Part shown: positions 19,459 through 29,267 of the stretch, piece by piece | Layout: every line of letters begins with the position of its first letter | How positions within the stretch are numbered: the first letter of the stretch is position 1 | Assembly (NCBI GenBank): GCA_965218425.1 | Contig: OZ244621.1 | Coordinates: forward strand, 448,001-512,000 | Reading direction: 5' to 3' | DNA length: 64,000 nt | From: an uncultured Candidatus Binatia bacterium | GTDB lineage: Bacteria; Desulfobacterota; Binatia; UBA9968; CAXXLF01 | Position numbers and translations under genes: made by a program | The notes under the pieces: model-generated | What the model saw: the letters and a program-made list of their open reading frames with translations, nothing else | Told to the model about the DNA's origin: nothing | The model's database searches: none

Positions 19459-20742
19459 ATGTTGAGCGCCTCCGAGAACCAGACCCTGTGTCGGGTTGGA
19501 CCGGGCACTCCTATGGGGAACCTCATGCGGCAGTACTGGCTCCTGGTACTGACCTCGGATGACTTGTATCCTGATGGGCCACCCCGGCGCGTTCGTCTTC
19601 TAGGGGAGAACCTTGTGGCCTTCCGTACCGCCTCGGGGAAAGTGGGCCTCATCGATCATGCATGTCCCCATCGTGGCGCGTCGCTCTTTTTTGGCCGCAA
19701 CGAGGAAGAAGGCATCCGCTGCATCTACCACGGGTGGAAGTTCGATGTTACCGGGGCCTGTGTCGAGCAGTCAGGCGAGCCGAAAGAGCGCAATTTCAAG
19801 TCAAAGGTAGCTGCAAAGGCCTACCCCTGTCTCGAGCGCAACGGCATCATCTGGACCTACATGGGGCCGCGCAAGACGCCGCCGCCCTTGCCCAGCGTCG
19901 AAGCCAACCTGCAGCTGGAGCCGCCCAGAGTGGATCGTACCCTCCGTTACTGCAACTGGCTGCAGGCGCTAGAGGGCGATATCGATACGGCACACAGTGA
20001 GTACTTGCATGGCCCGGCCAAGATCGATGTCTCAACGATGACGCCGGGCACCGGCCGCTACTACAACCACCAGCACCGGTTTCGGGACAAGCTGAAATTC
20101 GTCGTCAAGGACACTGAATATGGGGTAAGCTACGGAGCCTACCGGCCGGCGGAGCCAGGCACGACCTATTGGAGGATCGCCCACTTCCTCTTTCCGTGTT
20201 TCACAATGCCGCCGAGTCGCCCAATAGGGTCCTGCCTCACCATGACGATGTGGGTGCCGGCCGACGACGAGCACCTTATCAAGTGGATGTTAACCTTTCC
20301 TGACCGCGCTGACCGCTCTCGCGATTATTATCCAGATTATCTGCCCGACACAACGGATTGGCTGGGCCGTTTTCGTCCTGTCGCGGCGGCTTCGAACGAT
20401 TACCTCATCGATCGTGATAACCAAAAATCAGTCGGGTACTCTGGTATCAAGGGCATCCCTATGCAGGACACGTGCGTGACAGAGAGTATGGAGCCCATTA
20501 TGGACCGTACGAAAGAGCACCTCGGCGTCACCGATACGATGATCATTCGAACGCGGAGAAGGCTGCTCGAAGCGATACGAACCCTAGAAGACCGCGGCGT
20601 GGCACCTGCAGTTGACAAGCCCGAGCTATATGCGACGCGTAGCGGCTCGTGCATCTTACCAAGCGATGTTGACTGGTGGGAGGGTTCGCAGGAGTTGCGG
20701 AGGGGGTTTACCCAGTTACGCGATGAAAGCGTGGGACGCTGA
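19459..20742 (+). CDS. Rieske non-heme iron oxygenase, phthalate 4,5-dioxygenase/LigX-like
   Basis: CPHRGASL...CIYHGW Rieske motif; EGDIDTAHSEYLH iron site; VGPGTPMGNLMRQYW. Confidence 0.93.
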   Translation: MLSASENQTLCRVGPGTPMGNLMRQYWLLVLTSDDLYPDGPPRRVRLLGENLVAFRTASGKVGLIDHACPHRGASLFFGRNEEEGIRCIYHGWKFDVTGACVEQSGEPKERNFKSKVAAKAYPCLERNGIIWTYMGPRKTPPPLPSVEANLQLEPPRVDRTLRYCNWLQALEGDIDTAHSEYLHGPAKIDVSTMTPGTGRYYNHQHRFRDKLKFVVKDTEYGVSYGAYRPAEPGTTYWRIAHFLFPCFTMPPSRPIGSCLTMTMWVPADDEHLIKWMLTFPDRADRSRDYYPDYLPDTTDWLGRFRPVAAASNDYLIDRDNQKSVGYSGIKGIPMQDTCVTESMEPIMDRTKEHLGVTDTMIIRTRRRLLEAIRTLEDRGVAPAVDKPELYATRSGSCILPSDVDWWEGSQELRRGFTQLRDESVGR

Positions 20743-20799
20743 ACCTAACTCGAGTTTGATAAGGCTGCCGCTATCCCCAAGAAAAGGAAGCATGAGAAA

Positions 20800-21867
20800 G
20801 TGAAGCCGATCATAGCAGTGTGCAGAAATCTTTATGGCTACGAAGCGAGTGCTCGAGAATATTTACCTGAGTCCTTGCGCGATTTACATGCCAGAAGGCC
20901 GGGACTCTTTCCGGAACCGGATCATCTCCACCACGCCCAGTCATTTGAAGATCTGCGTCGCCGGCAGGCGAGGGCGGAACCCGAAGAGGACCTGGCCTTT
21001 CTTGATAGTACGGATACTGAAACTGTCGTCTTTGTTCTTAATGCCGTGGGGTGTGCCAAAGTCGTCAATACAAATTATGCAATCGTGGCGACTAGAGCAG
21101 TGAACGACTGGGTGCATGACAATTACTTGACATTCAGCCCAAGATTTAAGGCATTGGCTCTGCTTCCCATGCAGCGGCCGGAAGCAGCGGTGGACGAACT
21201 CCGACATGCAGTGATGGACCTCGGAATGCTAGGAGCGGTACTCCCGTCCAACGGGCTAAAGGGTCTCCTAGGCTCTTACGAGTATTGGTCCGTCTACGAG
21301 GCGGCGGACAGGCTGGGATGCTGCTTAGCTATTCGAGGTGCGAACCACGGAGGGCTAGGGTTCGATGATCTCAACGTTTACGCTCCAGCACACGCCTTAG
21401 GGCACCCTTATGGGCTTTTAAACTCGTTCGCAAGCATCCTTTACAATGGCATTTTTGACAGGTATCCACGAGTTAGAATCGGATTTCTGGAAGGAGGAGT
21501 GGCCTGGTTGCTAATGGCCATGGAGCGCTTCGATATGGCGCATAAAGATTACCCGCCCTACGATCTGAGGGGGGAGTTGTTACAATTGAATGGCGAGGAG
21601 AGCGTCAGTGATTACATTCTTCGCCACGTTAGGCAGGGACAACTTTTTTTGAGCTGTTCAGGGAGTGAGCCATTGCTCGCTCAAGGAGTGCGGATTTGCG
21701 GCGTAGAGCCTTTCCTGTACCAGGAGTTTACACACCGTGTCACTGCGGAGGCCACGAAGGAGCTGGCACAGAAAATACTGAACCGAGAAGACTTAACTCC
21801 GGAGGAGAGGGAAACTATCATATACGTGAATCCCAGGAGGTTCTATAACCTGCCTGTGGAGACTTAG
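20800..21867 (+). CDS. Amidohydrolase_2 family protein with degenerate metal ligands
   Basis: NDW...ALLPMQRPEAAVDEL, HALGHP, GIFDRYPRVRIGFLEGGVAW, NPRRFY; lacks the canonical DxxxH, central His and SDxPH. Confidence 0.8.
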   Translation: MKPIIAVCRNLYGYEASAREYLPESLRDLHARRPGLFPEPDHLHHAQSFEDLRRRQARAEPEEDLAFLDSTDTETVVFVLNAVGCAKVVNTNYAIVATRAVNDWVHDNYLTFSPRFKALALLPMQRPEAAVDELRHAVMDLGMLGAVLPSNGLKGLLGSYEYWSVYEAADRLGCCLAIRGANHGGLGFDDLNVYAPAHALGHPYGLLNSFASILYNGIFDRYPRVRIGFLEGGVAWLLMAMERFDMAHKDYPPYDLRGELLQLNGEESVSDYILRHVRQGQLFLSCSGSEPLLAQGVRICGVEPFLYQEFTHRVTAEATKELAQKILNREDLTPEERETIIYVNPRRFYNLPVET

Positions 21868-21901
21868 CGGAGTTGGCTTCCGCGGCCGAGAGGAAAGAGG
21901 C

Positions 21902-22110
21902 GTGTGGAGCAACGTTCGAAACAGAGGGGGGTTGCTTTTGCCCGTACTGTGGCGGCATTGTTTGGCCAAAGCAGGGGTACTTCTAGCAGCTGTTCTAGCC
22001 CTTGCCCCCACGCCTGTTGATGAGTTCGAACAGGAATGGGAAGCGCTAATCAAGGCGGTCAAGGCTGAGGGAAACCTCGTGGTGCATGCTCTTGCTGTGG
22101 CCCGGAGGAG
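21902..22110 (+). pseudogene. N-terminal fragment of an ABC extracellular solute-binding protein
   Basis: Signal-like segment followed by EQEWEALIKAVKAEGNLVV, then similarity is lost. Confidence 0.55.
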
Positions 22111-22179
22111 CCATCGGGAGTCGACGCCTCTGGACTTTGGATCATCCAATCACGAAATCCGTTTATGGGAGGCGAACGA

Positions 22180-23568
22180 ATGCCCTTCGCCGATCTAAGG
22201 GAGTTCCTCGCTTGCTTGGAGAGACACAATGAACTCGTCCACGTAACCCGGCCCGTCGCGCTGGAGTACGAAGTGGGCGCAGTGACTTACAAAGTCGCCC
22301 AGTCTGTGGGACCTGCGCTCATATTCGACAGGCCAGGCGGCGGTGCGGTGCCCCTCGTCGTCGAACTTATTACCAGTCCAACACGCTTCGCCCTAGCTCT
22401 AGAAACCTCTGTAGAAAACATCCACACGGAGTGGATTCGACGCATATCGAGACCGATACCCCCGCGGCGGGTAGGGACGGGCCCATGCAAGGAAAACATC
22501 CACACGGGTGATGATGTCGACGTCCTCAAATTTCCCATCCCTATCTGGAACGAACTGGATGCGGGCCCGTACATCGATCAAGGCGTGCTCGTGACCCAAA
22601 ATCCGGAAACTGGGGTCCGCCGGACGAATATCCCCCGAATCCAAGTGCACGGTGCGCGGCGGTTGGGACTGGGTCTCCAAGGAGAAGCGCTGAGAGGGCA
22701 CCGTCGCAAGTGGGGGACGGAACAACCGTTCCCGGTGGCCATCGCCATTGGGACGGATCCAAGCCTTGTGATGACGGCGATGACCTCGTACCCAGAGCAG
22801 GCCGACGACCTGGCCGTCGCGGGTGCTTTGCGAGGCCAACCGATAGACGTCGTGGCGTGCGAAACCGTCCCCTTGCAGGTGCCGGCCACAGCGGAGATAG
22901 TCATTGAAGGCGAGTGGGACCAGAAAGAGGAGGAGGACGAGGGACCATATGGGGCAATGAGCGGGTATTATAACCTACGGGCTAAGGGACCGGTCGTCCG
23001 AGTGACGGCCATTACCCACCGCAACAACCCCATTCACAACGACCACTACAATGGGCGCGTTTCTGCGGCGTTCATGGCCGTGTCGAAGTTTAGCCGAGAG
23101 ATTGACATTCTGCGGCAGATCTCTCTCCCAGGCGTGAAAAAACTGGTCATAGCCCCTGGTAGCCGGGCCTCTCCCATCTGCATCGTTTCGATCGAGCAGC
23201 GGTACGAAGGGTATGGAAAGACGGTGGGTATGGCCATCCTCGGCACGGAACGCGGCCGCCAGATCAAAACTGTCATTGTTATAGACAGTGATGTCGACCC
23301 CGGCAACTGGACCGATGTGGAGTGGGCGCTGGCCACGCGCATGCAGCCCCACCGTGATGTGGTTATCATCCCAGGGGCCGCTGGCACTGGCCAACATTTC
23401 GATCCATCCCTTTCCGCCGAGGACCGAGCTGTTGGGCGCTCCTCGAAGATGATCATCGACGCGACTAAGTTCAATGCCGCAGACTACCCACCACCGTGTT
23501 TGCCGAAGCCCGATGTGCTGGCAGAGGTCGAGCGCAACTGGGGTAGCTATGGGATCGAACCACAATGA
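22180..23568 (+). CDS. UbiD-family (prFMN-dependent) decarboxylase
   Basis: DLREFLACLE, DAGPYI, VPATAEIVIEG, EGPYG, VIVIDSDVD, VEWALATR, KMIIDAT. Confidence 0.93.
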   Translation: MPFADLREFLACLERHNELVHVTRPVALEYEVGAVTYKVAQSVGPALIFDRPGGGAVPLVVELITSPTRFALALETSVENIHTEWIRRISRPIPPRRVGTGPCKENIHTGDDVDVLKFPIPIWNELDAGPYIDQGVLVTQNPETGVRRTNIPRIQVHGARRLGLGLQGEALRGHRRKWGTEQPFPVAIAIGTDPSLVMTAMTSYPEQADDLAVAGALRGQPIDVVACETVPLQVPATAEIVIEGEWDQKEEEDEGPYGAMSGYYNLRAKGPVVRVTAITHRNNPIHNDHYNGRVSAAFMAVSKFSREIDILRQISLPGVKKLVIAPGSRASPICIVSIEQRYEGYGKTVGMAILGTERGRQIKTVIVIDSDVDPGNWTDVEWALATRMQPHRDVVIIPGAAGTGQHFDPSLSAEDRAVGRSSKMIIDATKFNAADYPPPCLPKPDVLAEVERNWGSYGIEPQ

Positions 23569-23821
23569 GCAGCCCTGCCCCCTCAACAAGGTCGTATATT
23601 GCATCCCACCGTCTCTGACAACGGAGGGCACGGTGCTCCGCCATTCGCCGGTGGTACCAGGATCTCCCGAGTTCGAGTTTTTGTGCCGCCGCCGCACTGC
23701 ACCGTGCATTCATCAAAAGGGCTAAACTCGCCTACGACATTAACTGTTCGATCCAACTCTAGACTCGGGACTCGGGATGACATTCCCAAATGCCTCAAAT
23801 TAGCGAGTATCCAATGGATCT

Positions 23822-23847
23822 GAGCCAGTGACCTACTGATTACGAAT
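23822..23847 (-). repeat. Internally deleted tRNA-Thr 3' fragment (att junction between tandem islands)
   Basis: GAGCCA-[T-arm deleted]-GT-GACCTACTGATTACGAAT; the last 18 nt match the tRNA exactly. Downstream repeat GGTAGCA-AAAGT-GGTAGCA at ~23955-23973. Confidence 0.8.
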
Positions 23848-24129
23848 TGTCCCGAGGGGCAGACTGAGAAGGAACCAGAAGGAAAAGATAGCTGAAATTT
23901 AAAGAACTACGAAGAATGTTTTCCTGTTCAGTACGGGTCGTTTTGGCTCATTCTGGTAGCAAAAGTGGTAGCACAGATTAACCCGCTGGACCTAGTGGGG
24001 AAACCCCCTGCGATCTACCCTTAGGTCCGCTGCGCTTCTAAGACAGCTCAGAAACAAACTCATTAAATGTCATTTCTAGTTTGGCTCAGAGCCGCTCTGG
24101 GCTTGGGCTTGCTGCTTATTGGATCGCCG

Positions 24130-24300
24130 GGACGCAATTAATGAGCTATTGAATTGCGTCTGGTGCGTTTAGTAGCTTTTTTGAAAGGGAAGCAGTGGCC
24201 GTTATGGATCGCCGTAAGGGACAGAGCCAGTGCTCACCTGGTATGACAAGCGGGTCTGTTTCATAGACCTTTTGGATGAACAGTCGGGTCATATGCTTTC
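24130..24300 (-). mobile_element. Remnant of an IS91-like element (transposase C-terminal peptide plus end sequence)
   Basis: RLFIQKVYETDPLV resembles the WARLIxKVYExDPLxC tail of IS91-type transposases; followed by the 79-bp repeat. Confidence 0.55.
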
Positions 24301-24372
24301 TCTCGACACCCTTTGAATGTTTCTTCACTCGTGCTAGGATTTTAATAGTCTTCGAAGTTCCTCAAAGGATAA

Positions 24373-25150
24373 ATGAGTATCCAACAAACAAACCTAGAGA
24401 ATCATTCTTTAAGGCCGGAGAAAGTAACATTTACCGGAGGGCAAGGTGAGCTCGCTGGTTTTTTCTTTTTACCTCCGGGTAGAGGACCATTTCCTTGTGT
24501 AATAGACAATCACGGTAGTGGCATATCTCCTGGGACAACCGACCTATCACACCCGCAAACAGCAGCATTATTTTTATCTTGGGGTTGTGCTTATTTTTTC
24601 CCACACCGTGCCGGATATGGTGATTCATCAGGGACACCACTCGCAGAAGCAGTTTCTGCCGCGCGGGGTACAACAGAACATGATCATCAGTTGTCTGAAA
24701 GGCTTAAAATGGAGAACCGCGATGTTATTGCAGCGCTTAACTTTGCATCGACACGCGGAGAGATAGATGAAACACGTATTGTAGTTATGGGAAGTTCGCT
24801 GGGCGGAATCCATACTTTGTTAGCGCTCGCCGCGGATACCCGTTGGCAATGTGGAATTGATTTTTCTGGTGGTGCCAGCCAGTGGGCGCAACACCCTAAG
24901 ATAAAAAAAATGCTATTAGATGCGGCAGCTGCCCTAACACAACCTATTTTCTTAATTCAGCCCAAAAACGATTTCAATATTGCGCCAACGAATGAGTTAG
25001 GTGCGTTATTAAAAGAGGGTCGCCATAAATATATAGCAAAAATCTTTCCACCGTGGGGTACAGATGGAATTGGAGGCCCATAGATTTTGTGCTGCAGGAC
25101 AACAAATTTGGGGTCCGGACGTGAAAGAATTTCTTAAGGAATTTATATAG
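24373..25150 (+). pseudogene. Dienelactone hydrolase-like alpha/beta hydrolase, frameshifted near the C-terminus; visibly AT-rich
   Basis: NHGSG and GSSLGG nucleophile elbow. One extra base at ~25070; the shifted frame reads EAHRFCAAGQQIWGPDVKEFLKEFI*. Confidence 0.75.
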
Positions 25151-25302
25151 AAATAAACAAATTTGCCCGGCATTTGGTTGAACAAGAAAAGCTGCACTGC
25201 CACCAGAGGAAAGACCTTTCGTAAAACTCACACACATTCCATCTTCAAAAAGAAAAGAATTAGAACGGTAATCAAGTGGTTGATAACACTAGAGATGAGA
25301 GT

Positions 25303-25327
25303 TGGTGGGACCACCTGGATTCGAACC
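25303..25327 (-). repeat. 3'-terminal fragment of a different tRNA (foreign att site)
   Basis: Minus strand GGTTCGAATCCAGGTGGTCCCACCA = T-loop, acceptor strand and CCA; does not match tRNA-Thr. Confidence 0.7.
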
Positions 25328-25683
25328 GCGACAGCGAGAAAAACAAGGGTAGGCGAAAAGGCTAGCAACTCCGCGTAGGTTGTGGGAAAGCTGGCTATTT
25401 ATGCTGTTGGTCCACCATCCCAAAACGTTCCTCAAAAACCCCATTGATCCCTTTAAAACTAAAATCGTTTCGGTGGAGCTGATCAATGGCCCTGATGCCG
25501 AAGTTATGAGCCGTGGGTTGCGCTGATTAGAACACCGGGTCCAAATGGACAGGACATTCCAAGAGAGAATTGGCACAATACAAGCTGGAATCCGAAAGGG
25601 ACGGAAACCCAGAATAGCAAAAAGGCATGCTTGACCCCGGTCCTTGGATGTCTCAAGGCGGCCCCTTTCTCACCGGCCCTGTA

Positions 25684-25926
25684 CTACCGACTCTTCTTAT
25701 CTCTCAAACAGGCCAAAATCCCTGCTACCATGCCTTTTGCATAGCCCCTAGAATAGTGTTTATCGTCCCACGCAGCCTCAACTAGGGTAGCTCGAATTTG
25801 GTAAGTGGTGTTGTACCCCACCGCATACCCATCCTTGTACCCTGTGTCGTACCGCGAAACCGAATCCTCACACGCAAACAACCCGATGCAGAAACCTAAA
25901 ATCAAAGCCGCTTTCTTCATCGCCAA
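25684..25926 (-). CDS. Small putative lipoprotein
   Basis: MKKAALILGFCIGLFAC lipobox; GYxDGY repeats; RBS AAGGA upstream. Confidence 0.6.
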   Translation of the reverse strand: MAMKKAALILGFCIGLFACEDSVSRYDTGYKDGYAVGYNTTYQIRATLVEAAWDDKHYSRGYAKGMVAGILACLRDKKSR

Positions 25927-26352
25927 ATCCTTGCCAGCTTTTCAAGCACCTGGGCAGTCTCCACGCCAAAGCTAGCAAAGCATGGCCGACGGTTTCTCCT
26001 TTCGGGTAAAGATTAAGCCGAGGTAATGCCAGTGTTAGACCCGTACCACCCACCCTGCGACCTATCAGAACTCTAACAAGTTCTTTCATGGTGAACCTCC
26101 TATTTAGGAAAGTCACCTTCTTGGCCGCCATGGGTGATCGTAGCTGGGTTTTCGCATTAGGGGAACCCAACACCACAAGGGTGTCACCACAAAAAACGTT
26201 ATCTAGGGCCTTCCAAAAAAAATTGGGTAGGGCCGGGCAAACCCAAGGCGGCGACGCTGGCGGGGCTATTGGACCCGGATTAGGGATGCTGACTTATTGG
26301 TGACTTGCCATTTCCTGCTTCCCAAGCATTTTAACCTAACTACCTGAAAACG

Positions 26353-26428
<76 letters not shown>

Positions 26429-26529
26429 TCAAATGAGAAAAACCGACCAGGCTAACGGTTTGTATCATACCAAAGAGAGTCGCATTCCGACAAGCCTTAT
26501 CCAAACACTTTCATAACCAAGCCTGCACG

Positions 26530-27797
26530 TGACCTTGCCCCCTAAAACGAGTCCAGGTGAAATGTTAGGGATTTTGATTTTAGGAAGGAGGCAAGGATGG
26601 CAAGAAAGCGATTTACGGCCGAGCAGATTATCCTCAAGCTGCGTGAGGCGGAGGTGAGCTTGGCCCAAGGGAAGGCGGTGGGCCAGGTGTGCAAGCAGGT
26701 GGGGGTAACCGTGCAGACCTACTACCGGTGGAGGAAGGAATATGGAGGCCTAAAGATGGATCAGGCCAAGAGGCTCAAGGCCTTGGACAAGGAGAATGCG
26801 CGGTTGAAGAAGCTGGTGGCGGATCTATCGCTGGACAACCAGATCCTGAAGGAAGTGTCCTCGGGAAACTTCTAGGCCCGGCGAAGAGGAGACGAGCGGT
26901 GATATGGGCCAGAGAAAGATTGGGACCTGATCGAGTCTCCGAACGCCGGGCTTGCCAAGTGTTGGGACAGCCGCGATCGACGCAACGAAGAGTCCGAGAG
27001 ATCCCGGAAGAGGAAGCAAGACTAGTGGCTCGGATGATGGAGCTGGCCAGCGAATACGGGCGATACGGCTACCGGAGGATTACGGCCATGCTGCGTGGGG
27101 AGGGGTGGAAGGTCAACCACAAGCGAGTGGAGAGGCTCTGGAGGCAGGAAGGGCTGAAAGTCCTCAGCCGTCAGCCTAAGCGAGGGAGGCTCCGGTTGAC
27201 TGATGGCTCCTGCATTCGCCTGAGACCGGCGCATCGAAACCATGTGTGGAGTTATGACTTCGTGCACGAGCGAACCGAAGACGGTCGGGCCTTTCGGCTG
27301 TTGAGCATCCTGGATGAATACACCCGGGAGTGCTTGGCGATTGATGTGGCCAGACGGATGAATCACCGGGATGTGCTGGAACGGTTAGCGGAGCTATTCG
27401 TGGAACGGGGCGTGCCGCAGTCCCTTCGGTCCGACAATGGCCCCGAGTTTACGGCTCAGGCTATCCGGGACTGGCTCAAGGCCATTGGTGTCAGGACACT
27501 CTACATCGAGCCTGGCAGTCCTTGGGAGAATGGCTACGTGGAGAGTTTTAACGGAAAACTCAGGGATGAGCTGCTCAACCGGGAGGTGTTTGAAACCCTG
27601 AGGGAAGCTCAGGTGCTGATCGAAAGATGGAGAAGAGAGTATAACCAGCGGCGGCCTCACAGCGCCCTGGGCTATCGTTCTCCGGCACCGGAGGCCTTTC
27701 TGCCCAGAGCGCAGGCTGGGAATTCATCCCCATGGGCTGGACTCCAGATAATTCCGGCTCTAACTTAAAGGGTGGTACCACTCCTGGGGGCAGGTCA
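26530..27797 (+). mobile_element. IS3-family (IS407-group-like) element, intact, 1268 bp
   Basis: TGACCTTGCCCCC...GGGGGCAGGTCA ends; 4-bp duplication CACG (26526-26529, 27798-27801). Confidence 0.93.
26597..27768 (+). CDS. IS3 transposase OrfA (26597-26875) and OrfB (to 27768), -1 frameshift at GGGAAAC
   Basis: [50 protein letters not shown]. Confidence 0.95.
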
Positions 27798-28270
27798 CAC
27801 GCGACTCGATAGCCGCACAAACGAAACTGTTTCGAACGGTTTGTATGGGCGGGAATTCTACTGAGTACCGGTCGGCATATCACCGAAACTCTAATTGGTT
27901 TCTGGGTTCAATTGTGTGGCGGATCTGATGTCTTAAATAACGGAGATTTAAGATTATCTCGATCAACAAACGCTACCGGTTTGGTCAGTATACTATGGTC
28001 GTGACACTGAACGGTTGGTGTCTCGCGCTCAAAGACGGGTTAATGTCCCGTTACTATCGGCATTTCGACAATATTCCCCTTAGAGCTTGATTGTGAATAT
28101 TAAAAGCACCCTTCCGACATGGCAATGGGTTCAGCGTGACCCATTCCCTCAATTATGGTTCCGCTGTTTGAAGGTATGCCGTAATACGTAATACGGGACC
28201 TTGCGACTTTCGTTACATCTCTGTTCGATTCCACATTACACGCAATATGCATTGCGTCCCGTTCGGCTCA

Positions 28271-29161
28271 TTAACGTGCGCTTTCGACCGAGAGATTCAT
28301 GCCGCCGATCCCCTCGATTTCCACCTTGAGGATGTCTCCCGGCTTGAGCGCCTCCTGAAATTCGGGGGCGTCGGGGTTACCTGTGGATATAAGATCTCCT
28401 GGGTACAGGGTTCCTACCCGGGAAAGATAGCTCACCAGTTCGGCCACTCCATTGATCATGGCATCGGTCTTGGCGGATTGTTTGAGTTGGTCGTTGACCC
28501 ACAGTTTCATGGACAGCTTGTGTGGATTTGGGATCTCATTCTTGGTGGTGATCCACGGGCCCATGGGGGCGAATGTGTTGAACCCCTTTCGCACGCAGCG
28601 GCTGCCGATAAGATTCTCTCCCGAGCCGTAGCCACGGGCCGTCACATCCAGAAAGATGGTATAACCGAAGACTGCCTCAAAGGCACGCTCCTTTGGGAGA
28701 TCGTGAACCTCTTTTCCGATGATCACTCCCAGTTCGAGCTCCGGAAAGATGGTCTCGGCATTCTTTGGAATAATGATGGCCTGCTCAGGCCCGACGACTG
28801 CTGACGGGGGTTTGAGAAAGATGGCTTCCAGGAGGTGTTCGGGTTTAACGTTTTCTGCAACTCCCCTCCCCTTGGATTCGCCGAGGTCCGAGCTGCCCCT
28901 TTTGTAGTTGCCGGCCGCTGCCCAGAGCTTCGAGGGTTTTTCCACCGGCGCTTTCAACTGCTTTGGATCGATTTTTACGCTTTTGCCCTGACTCATTGCC
29001 TTTCCCAAAGCGCCTTCAACCCGATTGAAATGTGTCAACAGGTCGATCATGGTGGCCCCCTTGGGCAGGACGCCTTCGCGCGCGAGGGCATCACCTATCA
29101 AAACGAATGTGTCGTCCTTTACAACGGCTAGTTCATCCGGTTTCACTGATGCAAACTTCAT
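28271..29161 (-). CDS. Fumarylacetoacetate hydrolase family protein
   Basis: IFLKPPSAVVGP, PELELGVIIG, GYTIFLDVTAR, KGFNTFAPMGP, PGDLISTG. Confidence 0.95.
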   Translation of the reverse strand: MKFASVKPDELAVVKDDTFVLIGDALAREGVLPKGATMIDLLTHFNRVEGALGKAMSQGKSVKIDPKQLKAPVEKPSKLWAAAGNYKRGSSDLGESKGRGVAENVKPEHLLEAIFLKPPSAVVGPEQAIIIPKNAETIFPELELGVIIGKEVHDLPKERAFEAVFGYTIFLDVTARGYGSGENLIGSRCVRKGFNTFAPMGPWITTKNEIPNPHKLSMKLWVNDQLKQSAKTDAMINGVAELVSYLSRVGTLYPGDLISTGNPDAPEFQEALKPGDILKVEIEGIGGMNLSVESAR

Positions 29162-29214
29162 GCCTTACTCCTTTTCTTGATAGCGTTGACTATTAAATTC
29201 TTAAAAGAAATTGA

Positions 29215-29242
29215 CTCGCGCAAAGACGCAAAGGGCGCCAAG
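29215..29242. repeat. CGCAAAGACGCAAAG-type intergenic repeat (related copies 30501-30527, inverted 30554-30581, 35380-35398)
   Basis: Direct sequence comparison. Confidence 0.85.
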
Positions 29243-29267
29243 CTCAGAAAATTTCAAGTATCTTTAA

